A stretch of DNA of 64,000 bases from a virus (Duplodnaviria > Caudoviricetes), in the IMG/VR virus record IMGVR_UViG_3300046467_000865, positions 14,366 to 78,365 of that record, one strand, 5' to 3'. A program made the position numbers and the translations under genes. Shown one piece after another: positions 46,947-56,156 of the stretch (positions within the stretch are counted from its first letter, which is position 1; each line of letters opens with the position of its first letter). The notes under the pieces are model-generated. The model ran no database searches. It was not told the DNA's origin and saw nothing but the letters and a program-made list of their open reading frames with translations.

Positions 46947-48184
46947 AGAATAATCCTTGCCTTCTCGTCAATGAAATATCTGGGACGACCGGCAAAGTCG
47001 GTCTTTTGAATTTGTGGATCAATACCAAAATGGTTGAATAGAGTAGCTGTTACATCCATCGGCCCGAAGGCTTCTGTCTTAGGTCTTTCGGCGTTAGGCG
47101 TTGACTCACCAATCGCCCTACCCATATCAAAATCACCACCTGAGAGCATGAGAGGGCTTAATTGGGGCCAGTGATCTCGCCCACCATTTTTATTAATACG
47201 ATAAGTACGACCAAACTCGCCGGTAACAACAAGCAATACATCCTTCTGCATCCCCTTGGCGTGAAGGTCGTCTATAAGAGTGGACAAGGCGTGGTCAAGC
47301 GGCGGAACCTTGTTATGCAAAGACTTTGAGATGTTACTGTGCATATCCCAACCGCCATAATGTAGCGTAACAAACTTAGTGCCGTTTTCAACCAACCTTC
47401 TGGCCAATAGCAGTTGAGAGCCTATTCCGGCCTCTCCGTAACTATTGCGAGTCGCTTCTGGTTCGTTCTTCAGGTCAAACGCTTCGCTAGCCTTTCCTAA
47501 GATTAAACTGTACGATTGCTTTCTTAGGTCTCCCCAAGTTTCAAGATCGTTTGTTAGCTTGAGCCTGTCAAAGCTACCGACTAAATCTTTACGCTCAACA
47601 AACCGGCCACCTTCGATCCGCGCCTTAAGGTTGTCAACACCTTCTCCTTTGGCCTCGTAGGGCTTGTGCTGACCTCCTAGCCACGCTGGACCGTCGAAGC
47701 TGATCCCGTTGATCCTGACGTAGCTTGGCATCCCTGAGAGGGGATGGTTTGGCCCATACAGGGAAGACAGAACAGAGCCGTAAGACGGTTCTTCCTGCAT
47801 GGATTGTGGAGTGTTGTCAGTTGAATTATGCCCTGTCATAACCCAGTGCGTGCCGGTTCTATGACTAGCATTTCTGTGAGTAAACGATCTGACTACAGAA
47901 ATCTTATCTGACCTAGTGGCCAACCTTAGAAAATCCCCACCTATGAGGAAGTCTCCGTTAGTCATTATAGAACCGTTTATAGCTTTGATGCCTTCTGGAG
48001 CCATAGGCTTCGGATCGAAGGTCTCAACTTGTGTTGCGCCGCCACCCAGCCAGACCCAGATGACAGACTTATCGTTAACAGGCATTGAGTCTGCGTGGGC
48101 GTCTGATAGCCCCATAGAAGAAAGCCCAGCACCCACTGCGCCAATCTTCATGAAGTCTCTTCTATTGAATTGAACGTGTAGCAT
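46943..48184 (-). CDS. DUF1501 protein with Tat signal
   Basis: RRDFMKIG, KSVIWVWLGGGATQVETFDPKP, LLARRLVENG, WDMH, GEFGRT, GRDHW; SD AAGGAG before ATG 48184. Confidence 0.92.
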   Translation of the reverse strand: MLHVQFNRRDFMKIGAVGAGLSSMGLSDAHADSMPVNDKSVIWVWLGGGATQVETFDPKPMAPEGIKAINGSIMTNGDFLIGGDFLRLATRSDKISVVRSFTHRNASHRTGTHWVMTGHNSTDNTPQSMQEEPSYGSVLSSLYGPNHPLSGMPSYVRINGISFDGPAWLGGQHKPYEAKGEGVDNLKARIEGGRFVERKDLVGSFDRLKLTNDLETWGDLRKQSYSLILGKASEAFDLKNEPEATRNSYGEAGIGSQLLLARRLVENGTKFVTLHYGGWDMHSNISKSLHNKVPPLDHALSTLIDDLHAKGMQKDVLLVVTGEFGRTYRINKNGGRDHWPQLSPLMLSGGDFDMGRAIGESTPNAERPKTEAFGPMDVTATLFNHFGIDPQIQKTDFAGRPRYFIDEKARIIL

Positions 48185-48264
48185 TGTTGTTCTCCTTTTC
48201 ACTCGGTCTCAGAAATGATCAGACTACGAGTATTACAAGCGGGAAAGTTTTGAAAAGACAAGTC

Positions 48265-48501
48265 TCACTTCTTGAAGAATGTTAATCTATCGCCTTTACA
48301 TCTACTGGGATCTGCTAATCCTGAATCTAATCTTTTCCTGTCTGTTGTATAATACCCATGTTCGTCCTCAAGGACAACCCTTTGGCCGTCATTTAGTTCG
48401 CCTGTTTTTTCTTCGTCGATCATGGACGAGTGGCTACCAAATCTGGTTGGGTAATCGTAGGATTCCTGTTTGATCGGAACGTGTCTTTTATATTTAGCCA
48501 T
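48265..48501 (-). CDS. hypothetical protein (possibly leaderless)
   Basis: ATG lies 5 nt after a TATAAT box. Confidence 0.5.
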   Translation of the reverse strand: MAKYKRHVPIKQESYDYPTRFGSHSSMIDEEKTGELNDGQRVVLEDEHGYYTTDRKRLDSGLADPSRCKGDRLTFFKK

Positions 48502-48503
48502 AG

Positions 48504-48513
48504 TATATTATAC
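48504..48513 (-). promoter_or_regulatory. GTATAATATA promoter-like motif
   Basis: Sits at the junction between two genes; same 10-mer as 23892 and 37303. Confidence 0.55.
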
Positions 48514-49056
48514 TCCGTATACCTTGTTAAAGTCGAAAAATCTCCACCTATTGTAGTGTTCAACTACTGAGTTGTGATTTACATGATATAGATAGTCCAT
48601 TAGCTGAAACCAGTTAGCAAATACCATCTCATGTGGAAGAACTCCGAACATCCAGTTCGGCAGTTTTTCTTTCCCCCCCACACACCTTATTAACACTGGC
48701 TTTTTCTGTCCTAGGGCTACAAACATTTCGTGGTACGACCCACACATATGAATGTCTAAATCAAGATTGACAATAAGGAAATGCGCTATGTCAACCATTC
48801 TAAGGTCAACAGCGCATATTGGTTTCATTATATTCGATACAGAATCAAAGTTTCCCGCCTCCTTATAGGAATCAATCTTTTGTCTAGTGTTGTCGTCTTC
48901 CGTTGCATAGTTACTTGGCTTATCGCATGGGTCTAACACCCCTACCCCAAGGTCTTTTAATTGCGGGGTTATGTCCTGCCTCCACTTAATACCACCGTCA
49001 CTAACCCTGTCCATTGGGCCACACAAATAACACGTCATTCCTTTAAGCCTGTTCAT
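48508..49056 (-). CDS. nucleoside 2-deoxyribosyltransferase-like protein
   Basis: YLCGPMD, WRQ, LDP, DLRMVD, GSYHEM; start moved to 49056, downstream of the terminator. Confidence 0.72.
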   Translation of the reverse strand: MNRLKGMTCYLCGPMDRVSDGGIKWRQDITPQLKDLGVGVLDPCDKPSNYATEDDNTRQKIDSYKEAGNFDSVSNIMKPICAVDLRMVDIAHFLIVNLDLDIHMCGSYHEMFVALGQKKPVLIRCVGGKEKLPNWMFGVLPHEMVFANWFQLMDYLYHVNHNSVVEHYNRWRFFDFNKVYGV

Positions 49057-49073
49057 AACATTCACCTCCACAT

Positions 49074-49108
49074 AAAAAGAAAGGGTGGGAGAAAACTCCC
49101 ACCCTTTC
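49074..49108 (-). terminator. intrinsic terminator
   Basis: Perfect 13-bp stem GAAAGGGTGGGAG-TTTT-CTCCCACCCTTTC followed by TTTTT. Confidence 0.9.
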
Positions 49109-49114
49109 AATGTT

Positions 49115-49510
49115 TTAAGAGTGTTTTTTATATACGTCTTTAATTAGACGTTCCACACTCTCGTATCTTTCTTTAGCAGCCAATTCTTTAACTACAGATT
49201 CAACCTCTTTCTTTGCATGTCCTAAACTTCTCAAAAGTGAGATAGCATCTTCAATTATTTCTGAAGCAGTAAGGATGAGAACTTCTGCTTCCGGTTCTGG
49301 TTCTGGTTCCGGCTTTGCTTCCGGTTTTGGTTTAGACCTCTTTCTCTTCTTTTTCTTTTTCTTTGGTTTTAATTTAATGGAAACTGCAACAGTCTCTTGT
49401 TGCGTAGGTGATTTAAGTTTTGGAAGTATACCACACAAACACCCAATACCAAACGCTATGTAGATTATGGCTGCTACAGTATAGGTAGAATCAGTCCATT
49501 CAAGATCCAC
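49115..49510 (-). CDS. TM-anchored protein with RuvA C-terminal (domain III)-like helices
   Basis: N-terminal TM, K-rich and (PE)n linker, IEDAISLLRSLGHAKKEVESVV...LIK. Confidence 0.55.
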   Translation of the reverse strand: MDLEWTDSTYTVAAIIYIAFGIGCLCGILPKLKSPTQQETVAVSIKLKPKKKKKKRKRSKPKPEAKPEPEPEPEAEVLILTASEIIEDAISLLRSLGHAKKEVESVVKELAAKERYESVERLIKDVYKKHS

Positions 49511-50356
49511 TTAAATATCACCATCTCCATCCAAATAATCCTGCTCGTCCCTTTCTTCCGTGTCGGTAACACCCATAAGGTTATTCATGAATTCAGTAAA
49601 CTCACCTTCAGTCCATGCTTGGCCATCTTCTCCCTTATGAATAAGACTCTCAAGCGGACCTTCGTAATCAGCAATAACCTGATACTCACAGGTGCGAACC
49701 TTCTGACACTCACAGTCAGTTGGGACCGACACAACATCCTTGGGGTTAACCTTAACGATGACCACACGGTCGCCGCTATGCTCAGACCGATAGCCTTCAA
49801 CATACTCCAGCGCGCCACAGTGAAGACCATCAGCACAGCCCATACCACAGTCATCATTAACCTTGCGGCGTGGCATACTAACGGTTTCACCAACGCTATT
49901 GTCAATCTGCCGAGTCCACTTATCCTTATAATCATCAGTCACAGCCTTGTACGCAAGGAAGCAACCATCTTCTGTGATAGGAAGATTCTTATTCTCAAGG
50001 AAAGTATAGAGTTCTTGAACAGCGCGATTACTGTGGTTCTCAAGTACGTTAGCCAAGAACTTAATCATAGGCTCAAAGGCAAACCCATCACGCATCATGG
50101 ACATAATGCGGTCAGTAAGAGTGTTGTGGATTTCTTCATCTTCATAACGAAGAACCCCATCAGTGACAGAAACCTTACCCTCTGCATAGTTTTCGATAGC
50201 AGAAGGGATGTCCATAAGCGCAACGATGTTCTCTGCATCGTTGTTATTGACACATTCCTTAATAGCCAAGTAATTAGGATGGTCGTAACCAATTGTGTAG
50301 CTTTGGTTATCAACCACAATCGTCATAGTTCCGTTGCCGCTAACAATGTAATTCAT
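49511..50356 (-). CDS. rIIB: rIIB-like protein
   Basis: LYTFLE...LPITEDGCFLAYKAV...DN.VG..VSMPR..V.DD...C..GLH...VKVNPKDVVSVP.D...K.RTCEY. Confidence 0.88.
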   Translation of the reverse strand: MNYIVSGNGTMTIVVDNQSYTIGYDHPNYLAIKECVNNNDAENIVALMDIPSAIENYAEGKVSVTDGVLRYEDEEIHNTLTDRIMSMMRDGFAFEPMIKFLANVLENHSNRAVQELYTFLENKNLPITEDGCFLAYKAVTDDYKDKWTRQIDNSVGETVSMPRRKVNDDCGMGCADGLHCGALEYVEGYRSEHSGDRVVIVKVNPKDVVSVPTDCECQKVRTCEYQVIADYEGPLESLIHKGEDGQAWTEGEFTEFMNNLMGVTDTEERDEQDYLDGDGDI

Positions 50357-50377
50357 CTCAATACCTTTCTTGTGTTT

Positions 50378-50455
50378 AAAAAACGAACCCCGCTAGGTGG
50401 TCTAGAGTGGGGGGGTAAGACCGTTACCCTAGCGAGGCTCTAAAAGCCCCACGAT
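50378..50455 (-). other. structured intergenic RNA element / terminator-attenuator candidate
   Basis: 13-bp stem GAGCCTCGCTAGG/CCTAGCGGGGTTC followed by a U-tract, plus several mutually exclusive helices. Confidence 0.55.
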
Positions 50456-50457
50456 TA

Positions 50458-50892
50458 CTATTGTTCCCCACCACCACTTTGAACTTTCTCAATCTTCTTG
50501 TCAAAGTCAGGCTTCTTAATGGCGTCTGGATTAATTGGCCTATCGAAAGGAGCATTATCATCAGCTTCTTTTTCAATCCTAGCCATTTCTTCGCTCTGGT
50601 TAAGACCGCGCTGATAGCCTTCATGCCAAACCGATTGGTAGTCTTCAGGCTTAGTAAGGTAATCAACGATACCTTCCATTCTCCCCTGATTCCTCATTCC
50701 TTCTTCATGGTTGTCGTTTAAATTGTTGAGCAAAGAGAAGGTGACTTCGTTAGTCCACTCTTGACTCAACTCGCTACGCATATCTGACAACTCAAGCATA
50801 TCGTTCAGGCGAGTATTTTCACCATGTTGCCAAACGCCATAGTTGACCAACGTAACAACAGCAACCCACAACGCGATAGTAGTCTTATTCAT
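50458..50892 (-). CDS. membrane-anchored hypothetical protein
   Basis: N-terminal TM; start ATG 50892. Confidence 0.55.
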   Translation of the reverse strand: MNKTTIALWVAVVTLVNYGVWQHGENTRLNDMLELSDMRSELSQEWTNEVTFSLLNNLNDNHEEGMRNQGRMEGIVDYLTKPEDYQSVWHEGYQRGLNQSEEMARIEKEADDNAPFDRPINPDAIKKPDFDKKIEKVQSGGGEQ

Positions 50893-51136
50893 CTGTCTGT
50901 TTTCCTGCTTTGATTTCTTTTTTGATTGCGTTTTCAATAGCCATACCCAACATTACGACATCTTCTACATTCATTTTGTTAAGAGCCTTTTCTAATTTAT
51001 GCCTCCTGTGTTCTGCGTTAAGTTTCTTGATAACTTTCTTTACTACAGACTTTTTATTCATGTAGCCAGACTCAGATGAATTAAACAGAGACTCTTGACT
51101 ACTTTTAAGGTCTTTTGCCGCAACATACTTAGGCAT
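50885..51136 (-). CDS. hypothetical protein
   Basis: Start MPKYV at 51136. Confidence 0.45.
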   Translation of the reverse strand: MPKYVAAKDLKSSQESLFNSSESGYMNKKSVVKKVIKKLNAEHRRHKLEKALNKMNVEDVVMLGMAIENAIKKEIKAGKQTDE

Positions 51137-53291
51137 TGTTCTCTCTTTCAATAAGGTCAACGTAGCGGGCAAGCTCTGGAATAAGTTCTTTATCAATTGA
51201 GCAGTATCGGTCAGTAACAAGTCCAACAAGCGGGTACTTCTCAAGACACGCCTTGATATGAGGTTGGTGCTTGTTGTCAACCTTCTTAGGCAGAGCGTTG
51301 TACATTCTACACAGACTGTACAAGTCGTCTACCTTATGCTCTTCCTGCTGCTTCTTAATGTGGTCGTGAAGAACAATAATCTGTTTGAGACCATTAGCGG
51401 TAGTAGTCTTGTCAGCGATTCTCCTAATATCTCCAATTTCTGTATTAAGATTACCAAACATACTCCTGACAGACATCTTATCTTGGATAAGTTCTTTATC
51501 CTCTTCACTAATATTGTCAGCTACATCGCTGGCTAGCTTAAAGATATCAATCCATTTGCCTTCGTTATGCTCCAGCTTATAAAACTTGTTGCCACGCCTA
51601 GTAGCGGTCTTAATACCGTAAATCTTATCCTTGTCAATGTCGTGACCAAGAATGTTAAGATGCTTTATAATATCACTGAGAGTGCCAAGGTCTGTCATGG
51701 CTCCATGACCACTTTGAATTTCATAGCGGCTAATCTCTACGAAATAACCACCGTCGTTAAGGTCAACACTAGCATCATCCCAATTCTGACCCTTCTTCCA
51801 GCCACGACATTGACCGTTCCATTTAGCAATACTGGTACGCTTCTCTCCCTCGTAATGCCTATTACTAACAGGTTTATCAAGGTCAGAGGTCTTATTGAAG
51901 TGGCTTTCATCACATCCCACCAGTTCGCGGAACTTATCAATAGCCTCAACCGTGCCACTTACCCTGTAAATCTTAAACTTAGAATCACCATGCTCATATC
52001 TGCCACTACTGGTGCTTTCCCTAACCTTGTGCTTAATACGACCGATTCCCCCTCGGGTAAGGTCGTCAACAAAGATAGCGGCGTTAGGGTCTACCAGCAG
52101 TTTAAAAACACTGTCTGTTTGAACTGTTTTCTTCCAGCCATCCCTGTAATAAACCCTAACAGTGAGACCTTCAATGTCACCAATATAGACCTGACTATAT
52201 TGATTGTCAAACAGGTCGGTGTCATTCCACTTAATTTCGGCGGAATCAATTACACTAGAAAGCCCACCAAGCAACCCGTTACGCCTAGTAAGGTTAACAT
52301 GGGCAACTCTAGCATCCCAGAGAGTATTTGCTTCTGAGATAGATTCTTCAGCTACCTGTTGAGCGTTCTCTTTAACTTCAAGACACTTCTTGACGATAGC
52401 ATTTTTAGTGTGCTTGTTGTAACTGAGAGACTCACGAGACGGAGTAACGCTAAGTTCACCAATATCAAACTTAATGGTGATGTTGGTTCTCAGGATTTGG
52501 TTAATTTCTTTGTTGTCGTCGAAGTTATCGTTGTCGATAGGATAGGCAACCTGTCCCATAACAGCAACAGCATGATAATCAGCGTTCCTATCAATTTTAC
52601 GAACAGCCCAACCATCACCTTTGATGATATATTCTTCCGGCACAATCTCTATAGACTGACCAGTAATCTTCGGAGCAACTTTAAACCACTTATAGAGGTC
52701 TTCCGCCTCGTTCTGAAAATCCTGAACATCATTATCATAACCTTCGGACTTAACGGGGAAGCTAACCTTCAACCCGTTAGGCTCATAGGTAGCCTGAGTG
52801 TTGAGAAGGGCAAAGACGGGTTCGTCTTCTTCATTCTTATAGGCGTTGTAAGTGCGATGCTCGCCATTAAAGAATGACTCGACAGTGAAGCTATCACTGT
52901 AAGCAAAGGGAGACTTACTCCCTAGACCCATACATCCAACGGCATCGTTACTATCGGTTCGATTGCTGCGAAAGTATGTCGTATAAAGGTGCATACAGTC
53001 GCTATGTGAGAGTCCTGTTCCGTAGTCTCTAACTGAAAAAGTAGGTTCCATGTTGGAGGGGAGATGGACTTCAAATGGGGTATCATCATTTTCAGCATCC
53101 ACATGAGAATCATACGCATTGGTACTTAGTTCCCTGATTACTGCCCTGACCTTGTTGGAATACAGTTGGTCCGACAAAATCGAGAATGCCTTAGCGGTAG
53201 CCTCGATAGTGTAGTTCGACTGCTCAAAGTCGGCAGACCTTTCAATACTATTAACCTTAGTGTTCAACTTCATCTTTGAGTCCCCACTCAA
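51129..53291 (-). CDS. rIIA: rIIA-like protein (N-terminal GHKL/HSP90-type ATPase)
   Basis: LYSNKVRAVIRELSTNAYDSH, VRDYGTGLS, GCMGLGSKSPFAYSDSF, PSRESL; likely start 53273. Confidence 0.88.
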   Translation of the reverse strand: MSGDSKMKLNTKVNSIERSADFEQSNYTIEATAKAFSILSDQLYSNKVRAVIRELSTNAYDSHVDAENDDTPFEVHLPSNMEPTFSVRDYGTGLSHSDCMHLYTTYFRSNRTDSNDAVGCMGLGSKSPFAYSDSFTVESFFNGEHRTYNAYKNEEDEPVFALLNTQATYEPNGLKVSFPVKSEGYDNDVQDFQNEAEDLYKWFKVAPKITGQSIEIVPEEYIIKGDGWAVRKIDRNADYHAVAVMGQVAYPIDNDNFDDNKEINQILRTNITIKFDIGELSVTPSRESLSYNKHTKNAIVKKCLEVKENAQQVAEESISEANTLWDARVAHVNLTRRNGLLGGLSSVIDSAEIKWNDTDLFDNQYSQVYIGDIEGLTVRVYYRDGWKKTVQTDSVFKLLVDPNAAIFVDDLTRGGIGRIKHKVRESTSSGRYEHGDSKFKIYRVSGTVEAIDKFRELVGCDESHFNKTSDLDKPVSNRHYEGEKRTSIAKWNGQCRGWKKGQNWDDASVDLNDGGYFVEISRYEIQSGHGAMTDLGTLSDIIKHLNILGHDIDKDKIYGIKTATRRGNKFYKLEHNEGKWIDIFKLASDVADNISEEDKELIQDKMSVRSMFGNLNTEIGDIRRIADKTTTANGLKQIIVLHDHIKKQQEEHKVDDLYSLCRMYNALPKKVDNKHQPHIKACLEKYPLVGLVTDRYCSIDKELIPELARYVDLIERENNA

Positions 53292-53322
53292 TCAAAAAAA
53301 GAAAACTGTCAACCTGTATACC

Positions 53323-53350
53323 ATTGTAGCAGAAGGTCGGCGGGAGTCAA
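53323..53350 (-). promoter_or_regulatory. host sigma-70-type promoter upstream of rIIA
   Basis: TTGACT-N16-TACAAT with extended -10 TGn; a downstream TTGAGT-GGGG-ACTCAA hairpin covers the RBS. Confidence 0.7.
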
Positions 53351-53781
53351 GAACTATTTTCGGGATTTTCTGAAAGTTCTTTGTATGACTGTACCAGATC
53401 GCTAGATGATTGTATCTTTTCCCCGCCAAGATTCCATATCATCTTAATATCAAATTTTTTGCACACTTCTACTTCTGGAACATTGTCGGATAGTCTGTCT
53501 CCACCGTTTCCAAAATAAGACGGGCGTACACGTTTGAGGGCTTCGCATACAGTACCGTCGCCATCATCAACGTCAATGACGGCGTGAACAACACCTATGC
53601 TCTGAATAATTTCTTTTCGTTCATCGAACGTCATAAACATATAGCCCTTTTTTCTCATCAGCCATTCGTCACTATTAAGAATGACAAATACGTCAGCGTG
53701 TTCAGAAGCAGCCTCTATTAGCCTAATGTGTCCAACATGAATAGGGTCAAAACCCCCAGAGATACATATAATTTTATTCAT
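53347..53781 (-). CDS. cytidylyltransferase-like (HldE/RfaE/TagD-type)
   Basis: SGGFDPIHVGH, LNSDEWL..KKG, NGGDR, KIQSSS. Confidence 0.88.
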   Translation of the reverse strand: MNKIICISGGFDPIHVGHIRLIEAASEHADVFVILNSDEWLMRKKGYMFMTFDERKEIIQSIGVVHAVIDVDDGDGTVCEALKRVRPSYFGNGGDRLSDNVPEVEVCKKFDIKMIWNLGGEKIQSSSDLVQSYKELSENPENSS

Positions 53782-54031
53782 TTTTTAACTCCTCGAACAC
53801 TTCTCTAGAATCTATCGCCACTTCGTTTATTGTGTTAATTTCTCTGTTTGGTCTAGAAGACGAAAAGCCTCTTTCGCTTACGACAAAGTATTCTCCAATA
53901 GTCACAGACCCGCCACCGCTCCCCTGCGCCTCGCTAAGATATAAACTTAAGGTTTTTACGCAAGCACCAAAAGGAGTCTTAGCGTCGATCACCTTCTTTA
54001 TATCCGCCGATTCGATGTAGAACTTTGCCAT
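53774..54031 (-). CDS. hypothetical protein
   Basis: Collinear ORF. Confidence 0.5.
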   Translation of the reverse strand: MAKFYIESADIKKVIDAKTPFGACVKTLSLYLSEAQGSGGGSVTIGEYFVVSERGFSSSRPNREINTINEVAIDSREVFEELKNE

Positions 54032-54440
54032 TAGTAATTCCTTCGTTGGTAGACCACCATGTGTCTTCTACGTTAAGGGCGTCTAGTACGGTTCTGCAAC
54101 TTTTGCATGGTTTGCTATTTTGAAGCTGGGCAGTTTTGTTAAGACGTACAACGACGATCTTGATGTGGTTGTCTATGTGAACTTTACCCCAAAGCCTGCT
54201 TACCAAGTCTATTTCAGCGTGTAGATAGGGATAAGTTATCGTTTGGGGAGTTTTGAACATTCTCGCAAACCTAAGAGCTTTGCTACTAGGTTTATCAGGA
54301 TAATTTTGTCCAATTGCTAGAAGTTTATTCTTCTTCCACCCAAAAGCAAAGTGGAAGGTTCGATAGCCACGTTTTTGAGAATACGCTTGGGGAAATAAGG
54401 ACAGAGCAAGTTGAACGGATTTGTCAACTATTTTTAGCAC
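53979..54440 (-). CDS. zinc-dependent cytidine deaminase-like protein
   Basis: LHAEID...SKPCKSC. Confidence 0.7.
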   Translation of the reverse strand: MLKIVDKSVQLALSLFPQAYSQKRGYRTFHFAFGWKKNKLLAIGQNYPDKPSSKALRFARMFKTPQTITYPYLHAEIDLVSRLWGKVHIDNHIKIVVVRLNKTAQLQNSKPCKSCRTVLDALNVEDTWWSTNEGITNGKVLHRIGGYKEGDRR

Positions 54441-54894
54441 TTAAAAGCCTTTTCGTTGGTCTTACAAGATAATGTCCTAAAAACCCTCCAATCCTAGACA
54501 TACCTAGAGATGTTCTAAGTTTATTTTCTAGCTTAGTTAGGGGGCATATCTCTCTAGTGAACGTGGTAACTAATATAAAACTATTAATGGGCATCCAGAC
54601 ATACAGTGGATACATAAACGGCAGCACAAAGAAGGCCACTATGTTAACAGTTATAACAAACATATGAAAAGCAACCAGAAGATACAGTAAAGCCTTTTTT
54701 ACATAATCTATTCTTTTTGGCTTTTTTGAATATAAAGCCTTAAGCATTTCTAGACTAACCTTTAGAGAATCGTTGTCAGTCTTTTGCCCAATCTCCTGCT
54801 CTAACCTTGCGGTTAACTCTCTAGCTTGTCCTTCGTCTAAGTATTCATCTAATATCTCTACAATACTGAACGCTTCTTGTTGGCTTGTGGGCAT
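54424..54894 (-). CDS. membrane protein (DUF2784-like C-terminus)
   Basis: TM helices followed by CPLTKLEN.LR...GGF. Confidence 0.55.
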   Translation of the reverse strand: MPTSQQEAFSIVEILDEYLDEGQARELTARLEQEIGQKTDNDSLKVSLEMLKALYSKKPKRIDYVKKALLYLLVAFHMFVITVNIVAFFVLPFMYPLYVWMPINSFILVTTFTREICPLTKLENKLRTSLGMSRIGGFLGHYLVRPTKRLLSAKNS

Positions 54895-54900
54895 GATTTT

Positions 54901-55167
54901 TTACACCGGGTTAATGTCATCGGGATTGAAGTTGTCACTATCCTCATCCTCAAACTCAAAACCAGCCATGTCCATAGTTTGCGTAGTATTGAATATAAAG
55001 TCATCCTCATGGGGTTTATGTCCCACTTCGGAAACTCTTATTTCATGTGGTAGAACTTTAATTTCTGTTCCAGCTTTTTCCAATAAGGCTTCGATAGCCG
55101 CATCATGTTGATTCTTATGTTCGCCAATGTACTTGAGTTCTCCACAAGTAACATAATACTTAGGCAC
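54901..55167 (-). CDS. hypothetical protein
   Basis: Collinear ORF. Confidence 0.5.
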   Translation of the reverse strand: MPKYYVTCGELKYIGEHKNQHDAAIEALLEKAGTEIKVLPHEIRVSEVGHKPHEDDFIFNTTQTMDMAGFEFEDEDSDNFNPDDINPV

Positions 55168-55540
55168 TTGTTTTCTTTTTTATTATATCCGCTAGTTTAT
55201 TGACATCCTTTGCTGTCCGTTCGGGTTGCTTTTCCTTTTTAACCTTGCGCTTCCTCTTGGGCTTTTCCTCTTGTTCTTCTTTAGGCTTAAGCCATCTTGC
55301 CGCTCTTTGAACCACTAAGTCTTGCTTGTCTTTTTCAGTAATAGTTTCAACAGAATAACCAGTGACGCCAGTTGAAACAAATGTATTGTCTATCTCAATG
55401 GCATCATCAGTTACCTGTTCAGCAGAGCGTCTGGCCTCCGTTTTATTTTTAGCTATAACTAAGAGTTGTCTTACTGCGGTTTCTGTTTGTGTGATAATAT
55501 AGTATTTTTTTGAGTTTTCAAATATCTTTTCAAGTCCCAT
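55160..55540 (-). CDS. hypothetical protein
   Basis: Collinear ORF. Confidence 0.5.
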   Translation of the reverse strand: MGLEKIFENSKKYYIITQTETAVRQLLVIAKNKTEARRSAEQVTDDAIEIDNTFVSTGVTGYSVETITEKDKQDLVVQRAARWLKPKEEQEEKPKRKRKVKKEKQPERTAKDVNKLADIIKKKTSA

Positions 55541-55653
55541 ACTAATTTATCTTCCTTCTCTTTCAATGATTGAAGTCTTTTTAAGACTCTATTTTTCTCT
55601 AACGAAACCTTATCAAACTGCCTTGTTATTGCTTGCAGACTTTTATTAGACAT

Positions 55654-55986
55654 TTAAACTCCTAAAACTTGCCTCATCTTGCCTCTAAGAACCTGTGAGT
55701 TGCCGCGATTAGACTTGGCTTTGGTCGCGTCAGTAACATTTGAAGCCAAGGTCTTTGTCATACCCATCTTGCAAGCGGCCTTACATGAGGTGAGGGTGGC
55801 TTGAGTGGTATAACGACAAACGGCTGTCAGAGGATCAAACTTCTGACCCCTAGCCTTGCCGTTGCGAGCCTTGCCAGTAATCTTGTTGTTCTCAACAGAC
55901 CACTTGTAGGCGTCAGTTGTTTGTGATAGTCTTACCAAAAACTGTGTTTCCGTCATCTTCATTCTCCTTGGATAGTTCCGCCGCAC
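55654..55986 (-). CDS. hypothetical basic protein
   Basis: Collinear ORF; C-ending codon bias. Confidence 0.5.
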   Translation of the reverse strand: MRRNYPRRMKMTETQFLVRLSQTTDAYKWSVENNKITGKARNGKARGQKFDPLTAVCRYTTQATLTSCKAACKMGMTKTLASNVTDATKAKSNRGNSQVLRGKMRQVLGV

Positions 55987-56128
55987 ATTCTACAATGTGT
56001 TGCTCTAGTGTTTTGATCTGCTCTACAAGACTATTGTGTTGTGCAAACAAATCAGAAAGCTGCGTCCTCTTTAATTCTATATACCACTCACTCATATCTT
56101 GTGTGCTTGGCATGACACATCCTTAAAT

Positions 56129-56156
56129 ATTGTACCTTGGGAAAAGTGTTTTACAA
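56129..56156 (-). promoter_or_regulatory. sigma-70-like promoter
   Basis: TTGTAA-N16-TACAAT upstream of 55913..56113. Confidence 0.45.

Noticed and set aside
49284-49372. Short tandem repeats (ggttct/ttcc and poly-purine runs)
   Set aside because: They simply encode a (PE)n and poly-Lys linker; not a CRISPR, origin or DGR repeat.
49619-52877. Long plus-strand ORFs (49619..50443, 51567..52337, 52359..52877)
   Set aside because: They are antisense shadows of rIIB/rIIA explained by codon bias; no recognisable motifs or RBS.
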